Source: a virus (Duplodnaviria; Caudoviricetes). Taken from it: DNA of 64,000 nucleotides. The position numbers and the translations under genes are program-made. The notes below the pieces were generated by a model that saw only the letters and a list, made by a program, of their open reading frames with translations, did no database searches and was not told the DNA's origin. Location of the stretch: the IMG/VR virus record IMGVR_UViG_3300009873_000004, positions 1 through 64,000 of that record, one strand, 5' to 3'. Positions 53,617 to 62,202 of the stretch are shown in pieces; positions within the stretch are counted from its first letter, which is position 1, and each line of letters starts with the position of its first letter.

Positions 53617-54026
53617 CCGACCTGAAGAACTATCAGCCCAAGCACACTGAAGAGCGGCGCGAGTGGGTTCGCGCCTTCTGGAACAGCCCGCATTGCGGCT
53701 TCTCATTCCCCGTCGACCAGGACGGCAACTATCTGGGAGCGCCGCGTGGCACGGCCTGGGAGAACTATCAGGACTGCCTGGCCGGCAAGCATCCCAGCCT
53801 GATCGACCAGGGCGTTATCGAGAACGTCTGGTACGCCCAGATCCCGGCCAGTGGTACCTGCCGGTGTGGGCGCTTTGTCTGGCTCAACGATGCCCTCTGG
53901 AACGCCTGCGACTGCGGGCGCTACTACAACCTATCCGGCCAGGAAGTACAGGCTCCGCATTCCGGGCCTTACGAGACCGGCGAGATGCTCAGCGACATCT
54001 ATCTGGGAAAGGATGAGGATTACTGA
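53613..54026 (+). CDS. hypothetical Zn-binding protein
   Basis: CRCG...CDCGRYYNLSGQ. Confidence 0.7.
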   Translation: MTDLKNYQPKHTEERREWVRAFWNSPHCGFSFPVDQDGNYLGAPRGTAWENYQDCLAGKHPSLIDQGVIENVWYAQIPASGTCRCGRFVWLNDALWNACDCGRYYNLSGQEVQAPHSGPYETGEMLSDIYLGKDEDY

Positions 54027-54385
54027 TGAAGTGCCAGGCCTGGATCGTCACGCTCACCCAACCGCCCCAGATCCGTACCCGCGCACTCTACATCGTGCAG
54101 GTCTCGCACGCCAACCATCCCCGGCAAATTGCCGAACTCAACTTCATCACGACCCAGAAGTATTACAAGAGCCTCAGCCCGGCGTACAACGCCCACGACC
54201 TGCGGCGCTGCCCCGGCCACATTCGACCCAAGCTGATGGCTGATAATGGGCAGATTTACATCCAGTACACCTGCGATACTTGCAGACTGGCGGATTTTGA
54301 AGGCCTGCCCACCGTGAGCGACGTCGAGGCCGACCTGGCCCACATGATCGACCGCTTTCCGGATCGCTATTCGAGGGACGAATGA
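54026..54385 (+). CDS. hypothetical protein
   Basis: Coupled ORF; CPG...CDTC. Confidence 0.6.
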   Translation: MKCQAWIVTLTQPPQIRTRALYIVQVSHANHPRQIAELNFITTQKYYKSLSPAYNAHDLRRCPGHIRPKLMADNGQIYIQYTCDTCRLADFEGLPTVSDVEADLAHMIDRFPDRYSRDE

Positions 54386-54549
54386 ACGCTACCGAGCGCC
54401 GACTGACCTATCGAGTCATTGAACTCGTCATCAACTTGCTGTTCACCATCCTGTACGCTATCACCCGAAGCGATCCGCGCATACCCGACTTGGGAAGCCG
54501 CTGGATCGAACTTGATCGCGACCTGTCAGATTGGAGCCGGGACGAATGA
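54382..54549 (+). CDS. hypothetical protein
   Basis: ATGA coupling on both sides. Confidence 0.55.
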   Translation: MNATERRLTYRVIELVINLLFTILYAITRSDPRIPDLGSRWIELDRDLSDWSRDE

Positions 54550-54821
54550 TCCTGCGCACCGCCCACTGCGCTATCTGGCTGCACAAGCCCAACGAGTACG
54601 TCAAGGCCCCCTGGACGCCTTATCTGTATCCGGGCTTTCCCCTGAAGGGCTGCGAGCGCTTCAATCCCACCCGCGCTTTTAGCGCCGCCCTATCCCGCCT
54701 GGATCAGCTAGATCAGGAAGCCAGGCAAGCACTGGACATCCGCCCCTTGCCGAATGTGGAGCAGGGGGCTTACGACCACATCCCAGAAGGAGAATTCGAG
54801 GACTGCGATGGCGAAGTATGA
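54546..54821 (+). CDS. hypothetical protein
   Basis: ATGA coupling. Confidence 0.55.
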   Translation: MILRTAHCAIWLHKPNEYVKAPWTPYLYPGFPLKGCERFNPTRAFSAALSRLDQLDQEARQALDIRPLPNVEQGAYDHIPEGEFEDCDGEV

Positions 54822-55227
54822 GGAACAAGACTATTCGCTGGTCATTGAACCAACCAGCCAACCCGGCGCGTTGGGCTTCAAGATGGTCTTTCGCAGCACG
54901 GACGCCACTCTGACCTTTTGGGTCTTCAAGTGGCCGCGTTATCAAAACGGCAAGATCTTCTGCACCGATCTGGTTCAGCACACGCCTGTTGAGCCTGGCG
55001 ACTACACGGCCCAGTGCGAGTATTCGCCCACCGGCCACTGCTCGCCCTACAGCGTCATCCGCTCCACTGGCGCAGGCTGGGAATACCTGATGGAGCCCTA
55101 CGATCTGGCCTGCACCGTGATCGAGACTTTGGTCCGGGGCCATGTTGCAATCACACCCCAGGAAGATGAGCAGATCCTGCACGCCTGCGAGCGCTTCTGG
55201 GAAATCGAGCCGCTGCCCAACGAATAA
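54808..55227 (+). CDS. hypothetical protein
   Basis: MAKYEEQ; typical codon usage. Confidence 0.65.
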   Translation: MAKYEEQDYSLVIEPTSQPGALGFKMVFRSTDATLTFWVFKWPRYQNGKIFCTDLVQHTPVEPGDYTAQCEYSPTGHCSPYSVIRSTGAGWEYLMEPYDLACTVIETLVRGHVAITPQEDEQILHACERFWEIEPLPNE

Positions 55228-55251
55228 TGTGTCTGACAAGGAGACCAACAA

Positions 55252-55791
55252 ATGAGCTATTACGATGACATTCGCAAGCACGAAGCACGCGGGATCGACT
55301 ATGACCTGATTGCCTGCCTGGAATACAATCCGCAGCGCACGTTCACCGTCGACGACATCGAGCAAGTCCTGGCCGTCTGGACGGGCGAGAATGATGGCGA
55401 CGACTGGCGCTGGGTCGTGCGCCTGTCCCCCGATCCAGATTATGGCGAAGCACGCTTTGCCTTCATCCAGGGCGGCTGTGACTATACCGGCTGGGACTGC
55501 CAGTCCTGGGCCACACATGCTTTTGCCGGTTCGGCTCAGGAGGCCGCGCTCAAGGCCCAAGGAGACTTTCCAACCGGCAACTGGAGTCCCCAGAACATGG
55601 GCCTCGGCCAGCTAATCAATCTGCTATCCGGCGAAACAGGCAAGAACTTCAACGAGGTTGCGCTGGAACTCTTGCGCCAGGTAGCGCAAGGCAAGGACCA
55701 GACCTGGCGCGAAAAGAAAGACCAAGAACTGGGTCTGGACAAGAACCCGCCCAAGACCGTCGATCCTCTCGATCCGATGGGCGATTACTGA
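55252..55791 (+). CDS. conserved-looking phage protein
   Basis: GENDG.DW.WVV...F....GGCDYTGWDCQS; RBS AGGAG. Confidence 0.75.
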   Translation: MSYYDDIRKHEARGIDYDLIACLEYNPQRTFTVDDIEQVLAVWTGENDGDDWRWVVRLSPDPDYGEARFAFIQGGCDYTGWDCQSWATHAFAGSAQEAALKAQGDFPTGNWSPQNMGLGQLINLLSGETGKNFNEVALELLRQVAQGKDQTWREKKDQELGLDKNPPKTVDPLDPMGDY

Positions 55792-55853
55792 TCTTTCATC
55801 CAAGGCCAACGGGCTCCCTAACCGGAGCCCGTTTTGCATTTAAGCAACCGACG

Positions 55854-55867
55854 TTCCAAATTTGGAA
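55854..55867. promoter_or_regulatory. 14-bp palindromic site, copy 7 (TTCCAAATTTGGAA, perfect)
   Basis: Between a hairpin module and an RBS. Confidence 0.7.
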
Positions 55868-55877
55868 AGGATAACCC

Positions 55878-56093
55878 ATGCAGAAGAGTCTCTATCTGGC
55901 AACTTACTACCAGAAAGACAAGCAGACCGGCCAGTTGTATTGGGCCTTGCTGCTGGTGCGCGAGGAGAGCCACTTCCGGGCGGAAGCCCAGGCTAAGGCG
56001 CTCACGCCCCAGGATTACACCTACCACAACACCGAGCACCTGGACGAGCAGAAGCTCGACAAGAAGGGCTACCTGGAACTGTTCTATTCATAG
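55878..56093 (+). CDS. hypothetical protein
   Basis: RBS AAGGA. Confidence 0.65.
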   Translation: MQKSLYLATYYQKDKQTGQLYWALLLVREESHFRAEAQAKALTPQDYTYHNTEHLDEQKLDKKGYLELFYS

Positions 56094-56101
56094 GAGACTG
56101 C

Positions 56102-56323
56102 ATGCCTGTATCCATTGGGCGCAATCCATTCGCCCGCCATGACCTCGTGCGCGAGATCGTGCGCACCCAGAAGGGCTGCTCCTGGTGCGGTCAGAACTTC
56201 CGAGGCCGCCTGTTCGCCTACGGCCATCACCCGGACGGGATCTACACCCGCCCCGCCTATCTCAAGGGCGAATTCTGCTCCATCGACTGCTGCCGCTCGT
56301 ACCACGACGGCCAGCCCCAGTAG
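56102..56323 (+). CDS. hypothetical Zn-binding protein
   Basis: CSWCG...FCSIDC. Confidence 0.65.
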   Translation: MPVSIGRNPFARHDLVREIVRTQKGCSWCGQNFRGRLFAYGHHPDGIYTRPAYLKGEFCSIDCCRSYHDGQPQ

Positions 56324-56350
56324 GAAGACTGACCCTATCCGGGTTAGAAC

Positions 56351-56379
56351 TTGCCTTACACGCCCATTTTGTGTAATCT
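56351..56379 (+). promoter_or_regulatory. sigma70-like promoter
   Basis: TTGCCT-N17-TAATCT with extended TG; same GTGTAATCTA as the promoter at 41516. Confidence 0.65.
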
Positions 56380-56400
56380 ATTAGCAAAGGAGACTGTTCC

Positions 56401-56661
56401 ATGCCGATTGACGAATTGATCGAGAAGCTGAAGGCCCTGCAAAAGCTGTATCCGGAGGCGGAGGTCGAGGTTCGCGCCTATGGTCCCAAGGGTGAAAACC
56501 TGGACGGTGATCCGCTCTTCTACGCCAACGTGCGCCACAATCTGGGCCAGAACATCCTGCTGGTCAGCGATCAAGACACCGAGGGCCAGGCCTGGACCAC
56601 ACACTGGGAAGACTGGATGGCAAGCACCTACATCATGCGCTATCGGGAGGTAAAACCTTGA
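56401..56661 (+). CDS. hypothetical protein
   Basis: RBS AAGGAG. Confidence 0.7.
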   Translation: MPIDELIEKLKALQKLYPEAEVEVRAYGPKGENLDGDPLFYANVRHNLGQNILLVSDQDTEGQAWTTHWEDWMASTYIMRYREVKP

Positions 56662-57014
56662 TCTTCATCGAGTACGACCCGCACCTATCTGGTGCCGCCT
56701 GGCCGGACGGGCAAGCCCTGGAGCGAGCCCTTAGTATCGCCGAATGGGCCAAAACGATTGATGCCGACATCCACGAAACCTACTCCACCGAAAACATCTT
56801 CTACGCCCTGCGGCTGCTGATCGCCAACGGCACCCTGCCGCACGATCGCATCCTGTTCGTCTATCAGGGCCACGCCTTCCAGGCCAACGAGTATGGGGCC
56901 ATTCGCGACTGGCCGGAAGGTTTTTCCGACCTGACGACTCGCTTCAGCGAGAACATCATCCGCGCCGCCATGCAGAAACGAAAGGACAAAATCCATGGAT
57001 CTCAAGCCGGGTGA
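56658..57014 (+). CDS. stand-alone DUF3696-like protein (candidate)
   Basis: STENIFYALRLLI..G.L....I.F.......NEYG.I.DWPEGFSD. Confidence 0.55.
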   Translation: MIFIEYDPHLSGAAWPDGQALERALSIAEWAKTIDADIHETYSTENIFYALRLLIANGTLPHDRILFVYQGHAFQANEYGAIRDWPEGFSDLTTRFSENIIRAAMQKRKDKIHGSQAG

Positions 57015-57225
57015 TCGCGTGCGAGCCTATCTGGACCCGAACAACACCACCCTCGACTACGTCGATGGCACGATCCAGCAAGACAACTCCTTGTTGGTCA
57101 GCTACGACAACTGGGCGACCGAGTACAAAGATGATCCGATGGTCGCCAATCTGGTCGGCCGCGCTATCCCCTTGAAACCGCATTTCAAAATCGAAAAACT
57201 GGAGGACCAGCATGGAAGATCCTGA
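56995..57225 (+). CDS. hypothetical SH3/KOW-like protein
   Basis: LKPGDRVR...G.I. Confidence 0.6.
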   Translation: MDLKPGDRVRAYLDPNNTTLDYVDGTIQQDNSLLVSYDNWATEYKDDPMVANLVGRAIPLKPHFKIEKLEDQHGRS

Positions 57226-57811
57226 CAATTTCGACACCGAAGCATTCCGCGAGAAGTACAAGGCCGGGATTGACTACGGCCTGGGCATGAGCAACATCGA
57301 CCATGAAAATGGCATCCGCTATGGCGTGATCAGCCAGCACTCGCTGGCGTCCTGGGTCATGGGCGAAGCCGAGCCGATCTATCCGGACTACGAGGTCGAG
57401 GTCGAGTGCGAGCACTGTGAAGAGACCTTCATGGTGACAGACTCGCAGACCAACGACAACGTCACCTGTCCGGAGTGTGGTGAGCAGACCTGGGCCGAGG
57501 GCAACGACTTCATCGAACTGGAGCCGGTCGGCTGGGACCTGGGCATCGACGAAGACGGCTATGAGACCGACTGGAGCGAGACGCTCAACGCCCTGTTCGT
57601 GCTCAAGAGCCCCTACTACACCGAATGCCATTACTGCTCGCCCTGCGCCCCAGGCGCGGGCGATCTGGACAGCCCGATGCCGGGCGGCGTGAAGGCTTAC
57701 GCCTTTGGCCCGGACTTCTTCGACGAGGACAGCCCCTGCCCGTACCCGATCTATTCGGTGGAGACGGGCGAACTGGTGCAGAAAGGCCCCGACGATGTGG
57801 ACGCTGACTGA
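57212..57811 (+). CDS. acidic hypothetical protein with Zn ribbon
   Basis: CEHC...CPECG; CHYCSPC; strongly Asp/Glu-rich. Confidence 0.75.
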   Translation: MEDPDNFDTEAFREKYKAGIDYGLGMSNIDHENGIRYGVISQHSLASWVMGEAEPIYPDYEVEVECEHCEETFMVTDSQTNDNVTCPECGEQTWAEGNDFIELEPVGWDLGIDEDGYETDWSETLNALFVLKSPYYTECHYCSPCAPGAGDLDSPMPGGVKAYAFGPDFFDEDSPCPYPIYSVETGELVQKGPDDVDAD

Positions 57812-58001
57812 AGACCGCCTGCCGGAAGGCCTGCCTGCCACCTACTTCGTGACCATCAAGAACAACAACGGCCGCCGCCGAGTTGACATCGCTCAGTGGA
57901 CCGGCGACCACTGGAACTACCGCCTCGACGACTGGAGCGGTGAGTGGATCCTGGCCTGGCGGCCCATCCCCTATCCCGATCCCTACTGGGGAGAATACTG
58001 A
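57795..58001 (+). CDS. hypothetical protein (DUF551-like)
   Basis: W....DRLPE...YFVT...W...ILAWRPIP.P. Confidence 0.6.
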   Translation: MWTLTEDRLPEGLPATYFVTIKNNNGRRRVDIAQWTGDHWNYRLDDWSGEWILAWRPIPYPDPYWGEY

Positions 58002-58267
58002 TGAACCCAACTGACATGCAGGCTGTCGTTGACCAGATGCGCCAGGTGATGTATGAGCGCCACCTGGACTACATCCAGTTTCGATTGATGGACTGGATCG
58101 TGGAACTGGGGCCTGGCTACGGCTTCGACGAAACCTACTGCGGTGCCAAGGTCTGGTATCGCGAGGCTTATCCGATCAGTTACAAAGAGGCCCTGTCGTA
58201 CAAGCTCTATCTGTACCTGTGCGGCGAGGCCGAGTTCCCCGAGTTCGCCTGGGAGCCTACCCCATGA
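58001..58267 (+). CDS. hypothetical protein
   Basis: Coupled ORF. Confidence 0.65.
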   Translation: MNPTDMQAVVDQMRQVMYERHLDYIQFRLMDWIVELGPGYGFDETYCGAKVWYREAYPISYKEALSYKLYLYLCGEAEFPEFAWEPTP

Positions 58268-58581
58268 TCGTCATACCCGACACCGTCAACCAGGTTGTTT
58301 TTGAGTTCCACTACTTCGGTCGGCGCAAAGGCACCGGCCGAGGATTCTGGGACGATCCCCAGGAGGTGATTGAGTCCAGCCGCGAGCAACTGGACGCCGA
58401 GATCGTGCTCAAGAAAGAGGACTGGCCCTGGCTGTCCGACTGGAACGACTACGGCAGCACCGTCGAGTTTGCTGTCGTCAGGCGCGACCTGGACCTGGAT
58501 CTGTACTGGGTCGAGCAGCAGTTGATCACCCTGCTGCTGCTGTGCGAATACCAATTGGAGGCACCAAATGCGCCTGCCTAA
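58264..58581 (+). CDS. hypothetical protein
   Basis: Coupled ORF. Confidence 0.65.
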   Translation: MIVIPDTVNQVVFEFHYFGRRKGTGRGFWDDPQEVIESSREQLDAEIVLKKEDWPWLSDWNDYGSTVEFAVVRRDLDLDLYWVEQQLITLLLLCEYQLEAPNAPA

Positions 58582-58870
58582 GTCTATTCGCCAGGTTGTG
58601 TACTTCCTGCGATACAAGAAAGGCGTTCCTCTCGACACCGCGATCGTCGTAGCCGAGACCGAGATCGCAGAACTGCCCTATGTGCATGAAGTCGAAGCGG
58701 GACCGTTTGATCAGGTCCTGTTCTATGCCGTCACCGTCAATCTGGACGATGTGTCCCCGTATTACCGATCCGCCTTGACTGGCAACGTCGATGCCGTGGC
58801 GCTGGGGCGTGTCGAAGACAGACTGCGCGAGATCCTGACCAAGTACGGTTTCACCCTGGAGGCACCCTAA
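58568..58870 (+). CDS. hypothetical protein
   Basis: RBS GGAGG. Confidence 0.65.
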   Translation: MRLPKSIRQVVYFLRYKKGVPLDTAIVVAETEIAELPYVHEVEAGPFDQVLFYAVTVNLDDVSPYYRSALTGNVDAVALGRVEDRLREILTKYGFTLEAP

Positions 58871-59128
58871 ATGTTTCCGAAGACCATGGATAGCGTCAAC
58901 TTCTATATCACCTGGAAGAACTACCGCTGGGATAACCGCTACGACGGCATGAAAGTGGTGCAAGAACGCCTGCATCGAATTCCCTGGATCATCAACCACT
59001 TCGACCCGATGGGCGCAATGAGGCACATCGTGGTCGTAGTCGCCGTCTCTGAGATGCCCGACCTCTTTGAAGCCGAACGCCAGATCAAGCAGGCGTTTAT
59101 CGACTCGTCTTTCACCCTGGAGGACTAA
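58871..59128 (+). CDS. hypothetical protein
   Basis: RBS GGAGG. Confidence 0.65.
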   Translation: MFPKTMDSVNFYITWKNYRWDNRYDGMKVVQERLHRIPWIINHFDPMGAMRHIVVVVAVSEMPDLFEAERQIKQAFIDSSFTLED

Positions 59129-59424
59129 TGCGCCTGAAGCCCAATATCTCGCCCATCATCGACGAAGGCAAACGCAAGCGGGCGATCTACAAGCACCTGA
59201 AGCTCCTGCCCGACTCCCTGCGGCCGTACTTCCAACGGCCGCGTTGGGATTCCGAACTGCACATCCTGCTGGGCGTGAATGGCTACGCCATCCGCTATTT
59301 TAGCGACCTGCCCAATGGCGGACCGCGAACAGAAGCCTATCGGCTGTGGATTGATGACGGCGACCGAGACGTCCACCACATCGTCAAGCACGCAATCGCC
59401 GTTTCAGGAAAGGAGCGCCCATGA
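59128..59424 (+). CDS. hypothetical protein
   Basis: TAATG coupling. Confidence 0.65.
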   Translation: MRLKPNISPIIDEGKRKRAIYKHLKLLPDSLRPYFQRPRWDSELHILLGVNGYAIRYFSDLPNGGPRTEAYRLWIDDGDRDVHHIVKHAIAVSGKERP

Positions 59425-59708
59425 AGAAGGTTGATGGCGATTTTGTCATTTCTGGCCCCTATCGCCACTACTGGACTCCCTGGGGCCATGTTATCGGCTA
59501 CCACGATGTCGTTTACGTCCAGCACCAGCCCAGCGGCGCAATCTGCGTCGTGGAGAGCCACCAGAAGGCCAGGGGCGTGGGCAAGCGCCACATCGCCAAG
59601 ACCACCACCCACGGCTATTACGATCACCCGGCACCGCGCTTTTTGTCGCAGCGCCAGGCCATCGAAGCAGCAAAAGCCAATTGCCTGAAGGAGGCCCATG
59701 ACAACTAG
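59421..59708 (+). CDS. hypothetical protein
   Basis: RBS AAGGAG. Confidence 0.65.
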   Translation: MKKVDGDFVISGPYRHYWTPWGHVIGYHDVVYVQHQPSGAICVVESHQKARGVGKRHIAKTTTHGYYDHPAPRFLSQRQAIEAAKANCLKEAHDN

Positions 59709-60414
59709 CTACCGCGTCCTGGAAGCCAAGCACCACGCCCCCTACGCGGGGGCCTTCTGGGAATGGAACTACTGGCTGATCAGCTTTGAGAATGACCAGC
59801 CCTTCACCATCACCCCGATCTACGTTTCGGGCAAGGACCGGCTGGAATTCACCCGGCTGAAAGAGATGTGGCAGGCGCACCTGGCCCAGAAAGACGAGGG
59901 CTACGTCTATCCGCTCGACCACGCCAGTTTCTATGACCTGGACGACGACCTGGAAAAGCAGATCCCAACCAACCTGGTCCCCGACTTCTGGAAGTTCTTC
60001 AACGAGCCGGGCCACAGCCCAATCTTCCGCCAGTTCATCTTCCGCTGGACCTGCGAGCATTCCGAGAGCCTGACGTCCAACCCGCCGCACGTCATGTCCG
60101 GCTACCGGGGCAACGGCGGCGTCGGCATTGAGGTCGATGGTTGGGTGTGCGATGACTGCATGCACGCCTACGCCTACGCCCAGTCGATTGAGTGGTGCGC
60201 GGAGGAGTTGCGCTTCCACTTCGACGAGTGGTTCCCCGATCTCGAACTGGAAGAGCTTGAAACTGTCGCCAAGGAAGTCATCCAGCGCCTGTCGCAGGCC
60301 CACGACTGGGAATACATCGACACGGATGGTACTGGCCGCTATCCGGCCACCGAGTTGGTCCGGACGGCGCTGTTGGAGTTGGGCTACTGCGAGCCCGAGG
60401 AGGCAGTCGAGTGA
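59698..60414 (+). CDS. hypothetical protein
   Basis: 238 aa; RBS GGAGG. Confidence 0.75.
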   Translation: MTTSYRVLEAKHHAPYAGAFWEWNYWLISFENDQPFTITPIYVSGKDRLEFTRLKEMWQAHLAQKDEGYVYPLDHASFYDLDDDLEKQIPTNLVPDFWKFFNEPGHSPIFRQFIFRWTCEHSESLTSNPPHVMSGYRGNGGVGIEVDGWVCDDCMHAYAYAQSIEWCAEELRFHFDEWFPDLELEELETVAKEVIQRLSQAHDWEYIDTDGTGRYPATELVRTALLELGYCEPEEAVE

Positions 60415-60728
60415 GGCAATACAAGTACGAGAACTACACCCTGGTCCTGGAGGTGGTCGGCGAGGATGGGCACGGCAAGCCCCGCGTACGCTACCACCTG
60501 TTCGACCAGGACGGCACGATCTTCGAGGGGAATGATTTCTATTCCTGGGACGGATCCGATCCCAAGAGCGCCGAGGGGCTGCTGGGATTCCTGACCCTGC
60601 GCCAGGGCGATGTGGAGGAGGACTATTTCAAGGACTACACCGAGCGCCAGCTCAAGTTCCGCGACAACGAAGCCGAAGACCTGTATTTCTGGCAGGAAGA
60701 ACTCAACCCGGAGGCCTACAAGGAATGA
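60411..60728 (+). CDS. hypothetical phage protein
   Basis: FLTLRQGD.E.DYF.DYT..QL.F. Confidence 0.7.
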   Translation: MRQYKYENYTLVLEVVGEDGHGKPRVRYHLFDQDGTIFEGNDFYSWDGSDPKSAEGLLGFLTLRQGDVEEDYFKDYTERQLKFRDNEAEDLYFWQEELNPEAYKE

Positions 60729-61219
60729 CCCGCCAGCCTGAATGGGAATTGATCGACAACCTGGGCGACCAGGGCGACCCAATCGCTTATGGCGGCTTTT
60801 GGGTTTACCGAGACACGACCGGCGTCTACGAGGAAGAGGCTGAATACTGGGAGCCCTTGGATGATACCCCCAAAGGATTCGCCTACCGCTTCAGCCTGGA
60901 GCGCTGCGGCCTGCACGAAGGCCACCTGGTCCACAAGCGCATCCTGGACAAGCATCCCGACCTGCCCTATCCGCTCGATCGCTACACCAAGTGGTTTGAT
61001 GACCACATTGACGCTGTGGCCGACTTTCAAGGACTCCAGCCGGACGAACTGCGGGCCAGCTTCTGCTCAGAAGATCCGATCGCCCGCGCCTGGGCCTATC
61101 GGTCCCTGGGCGAATACTTCGGCTTCTTCGAACTGGACCAGTACCCGCTCGAACTGACGATCGAAGAGGCTCAGGAGCGCTATGGCGATGAAGATCAACA
61201 AGCAGGTTCTGAAGACTGA
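60725..61219 (+). CDS. hypothetical acidic protein
   Basis: LGD..PI.YGG..VY.D.TG.Y..E.EY. Confidence 0.7.
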   Translation: MTRQPEWELIDNLGDQGDPIAYGGFWVYRDTTGVYEEEAEYWEPLDDTPKGFAYRFSLERCGLHEGHLVHKRILDKHPDLPYPLDRYTKWFDDHIDAVADFQGLQPDELRASFCSEDPIARAWAYRSLGEYFGFFELDQYPLELTIEEAQERYGDEDQQAGSED

Positions 61220-61412
61220 AGTCAGCTACCTGATCCTGCCCCAGGGCGTGCGCTGCCAGTCGATTGACGAGGTGGTCGAGAAGCGCCGCAAACTGGCGGG
61301 CGAGACCTGGGTCCGGGAATACACGCTCGTCACCAAGGCCATCACCATCGAGCATGGGGGCCGCAAAACCCGCGTCAAAGGGGAGTATCTGACCAGCAAA
61401 GGAGTGGAATGA
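61182..61412 (+). CDS. hypothetical protein
   Basis: RBS AGGAG. Confidence 0.6.
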   Translation: MAMKINKQVLKTEVSYLILPQGVRCQSIDEVVEKRRKLAGETWVREYTLVTKAITIEHGGRKTRVKGEYLTSKGVE

Positions 61413-61603
61413 AGATCGCAATCACCGTTCGAGAGTTAGGGGCCATTCTGGCGGGCCTGATCACGCTCCGGCGTCACCTGGAAGGCAAGTTGCTCGATAC
61501 CGGCGACTACGAAGCCGTGCGCGACCTGCTATCCGACCTGGGCAACTTCGAAGCCCTGTCCCTCGCCGAGATCGACGACCTGTTCGAAAGGCTGAACGCA
61601 TGA
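61409..61603 (+). CDS. hypothetical protein
   Basis: ATGA coupling. Confidence 0.65.
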   Translation: MKIAITVRELGAILAGLITLRRHLEGKLLDTGDYEAVRDLLSDLGNFEALSLAEIDDLFERLNA

Positions 61604-61950
61604 GCGACGTTCATCTGCTGCACTACGAATGGGAAACGGCCTACGGCTGGCTGCGCGGCAAGTACAGCCTGCCCGATCAGATCTGGAGCCTGCTTTCAAC
61701 CCTGGACAGCGACACGATCCAGGACCAGTTCCAGGACGAGATGGATGCCGACCGCTACTTCGACCTGCTCTTTGACGTCCCCTGCAACGCTTGCGGCAGG
61801 CGAGTCTATTCCGATCCCAATGGCACGGACGACCTTGATGGGCAGGAATGCCGCCGCTGCCGCGCCGTCTACCACAACACTTGCGGCTTCACCGAAGAGG
61901 TCAGCCTGGAAGAGCACATCTGCGACGAATGCCAACGGGAGGACTTGTAA
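61600..61950 (+). CDS. protein with C4HC3 (PHD-like) Zn finger
   Basis: C-x2-C-x18-C-x2-C-x4-H-x2-C-x12-C-x2-C. Confidence 0.65.
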   Translation: MSDVHLLHYEWETAYGWLRGKYSLPDQIWSLLSTLDSDTIQDQFQDEMDADRYFDLLFDVPCNACGRRVYSDPNGTDDLDGQECRRCRAVYHNTCGFTEEVSLEEHICDECQREDL

Positions 61951-62202
61951 ATGGTCATTCTTCTGGAGTACGACAACGGTTGGACGCATGACGACCATCG
62001 CCGCTATCCGCTGGGAATCTTCACCGACGAGGACCAGGCTCGCCAGGCGGCCGTGTTCTACCTGGTAAGCATGCAGGCCGATTGGGGCTGGCACAGTGAC
62101 CACCACTGCCGCCTGGGTTGGTACACCCCCAACTGGGAGTACGGCGAAGCCGGTCCCGGCCGAGTCGTCACTATCCGCGTTCCACCCAAGGAGACCGAAT
62201 GA
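61951..62202 (+). CDS. hypothetical protein
   Basis: Coupled ORF. Confidence 0.6.
   Translation: MVILLEYDNGWTHDDHRRYPLGIFTDEDQARQAAVFYLVSMQADWGWHSDHHCRLGWYTPNWEYGEAGPGRVVTIRVPPKETE

Larger units (their letters stand above)
50098..55844 (+). repeat. 8 intergenic hairpin + TTTT-G-N-TTAAG modules
   Basis: Copies at about 50098, 50351, 50643, 51081, 51262, 52144, 53291, 55808. Confidence 0.8.

Noticed and set aside
50098-55844. Integron attC cassettes mobilised by the tyrosine recombinase
   Set aside because: Several stems have AAC...GTT at the base, but they are shorter than attC sites, lack the RYYYAAC/GTTRRRY consensus and extrahelical bases, and the recombinase shows no obvious IntI insertion; they fit terminators better
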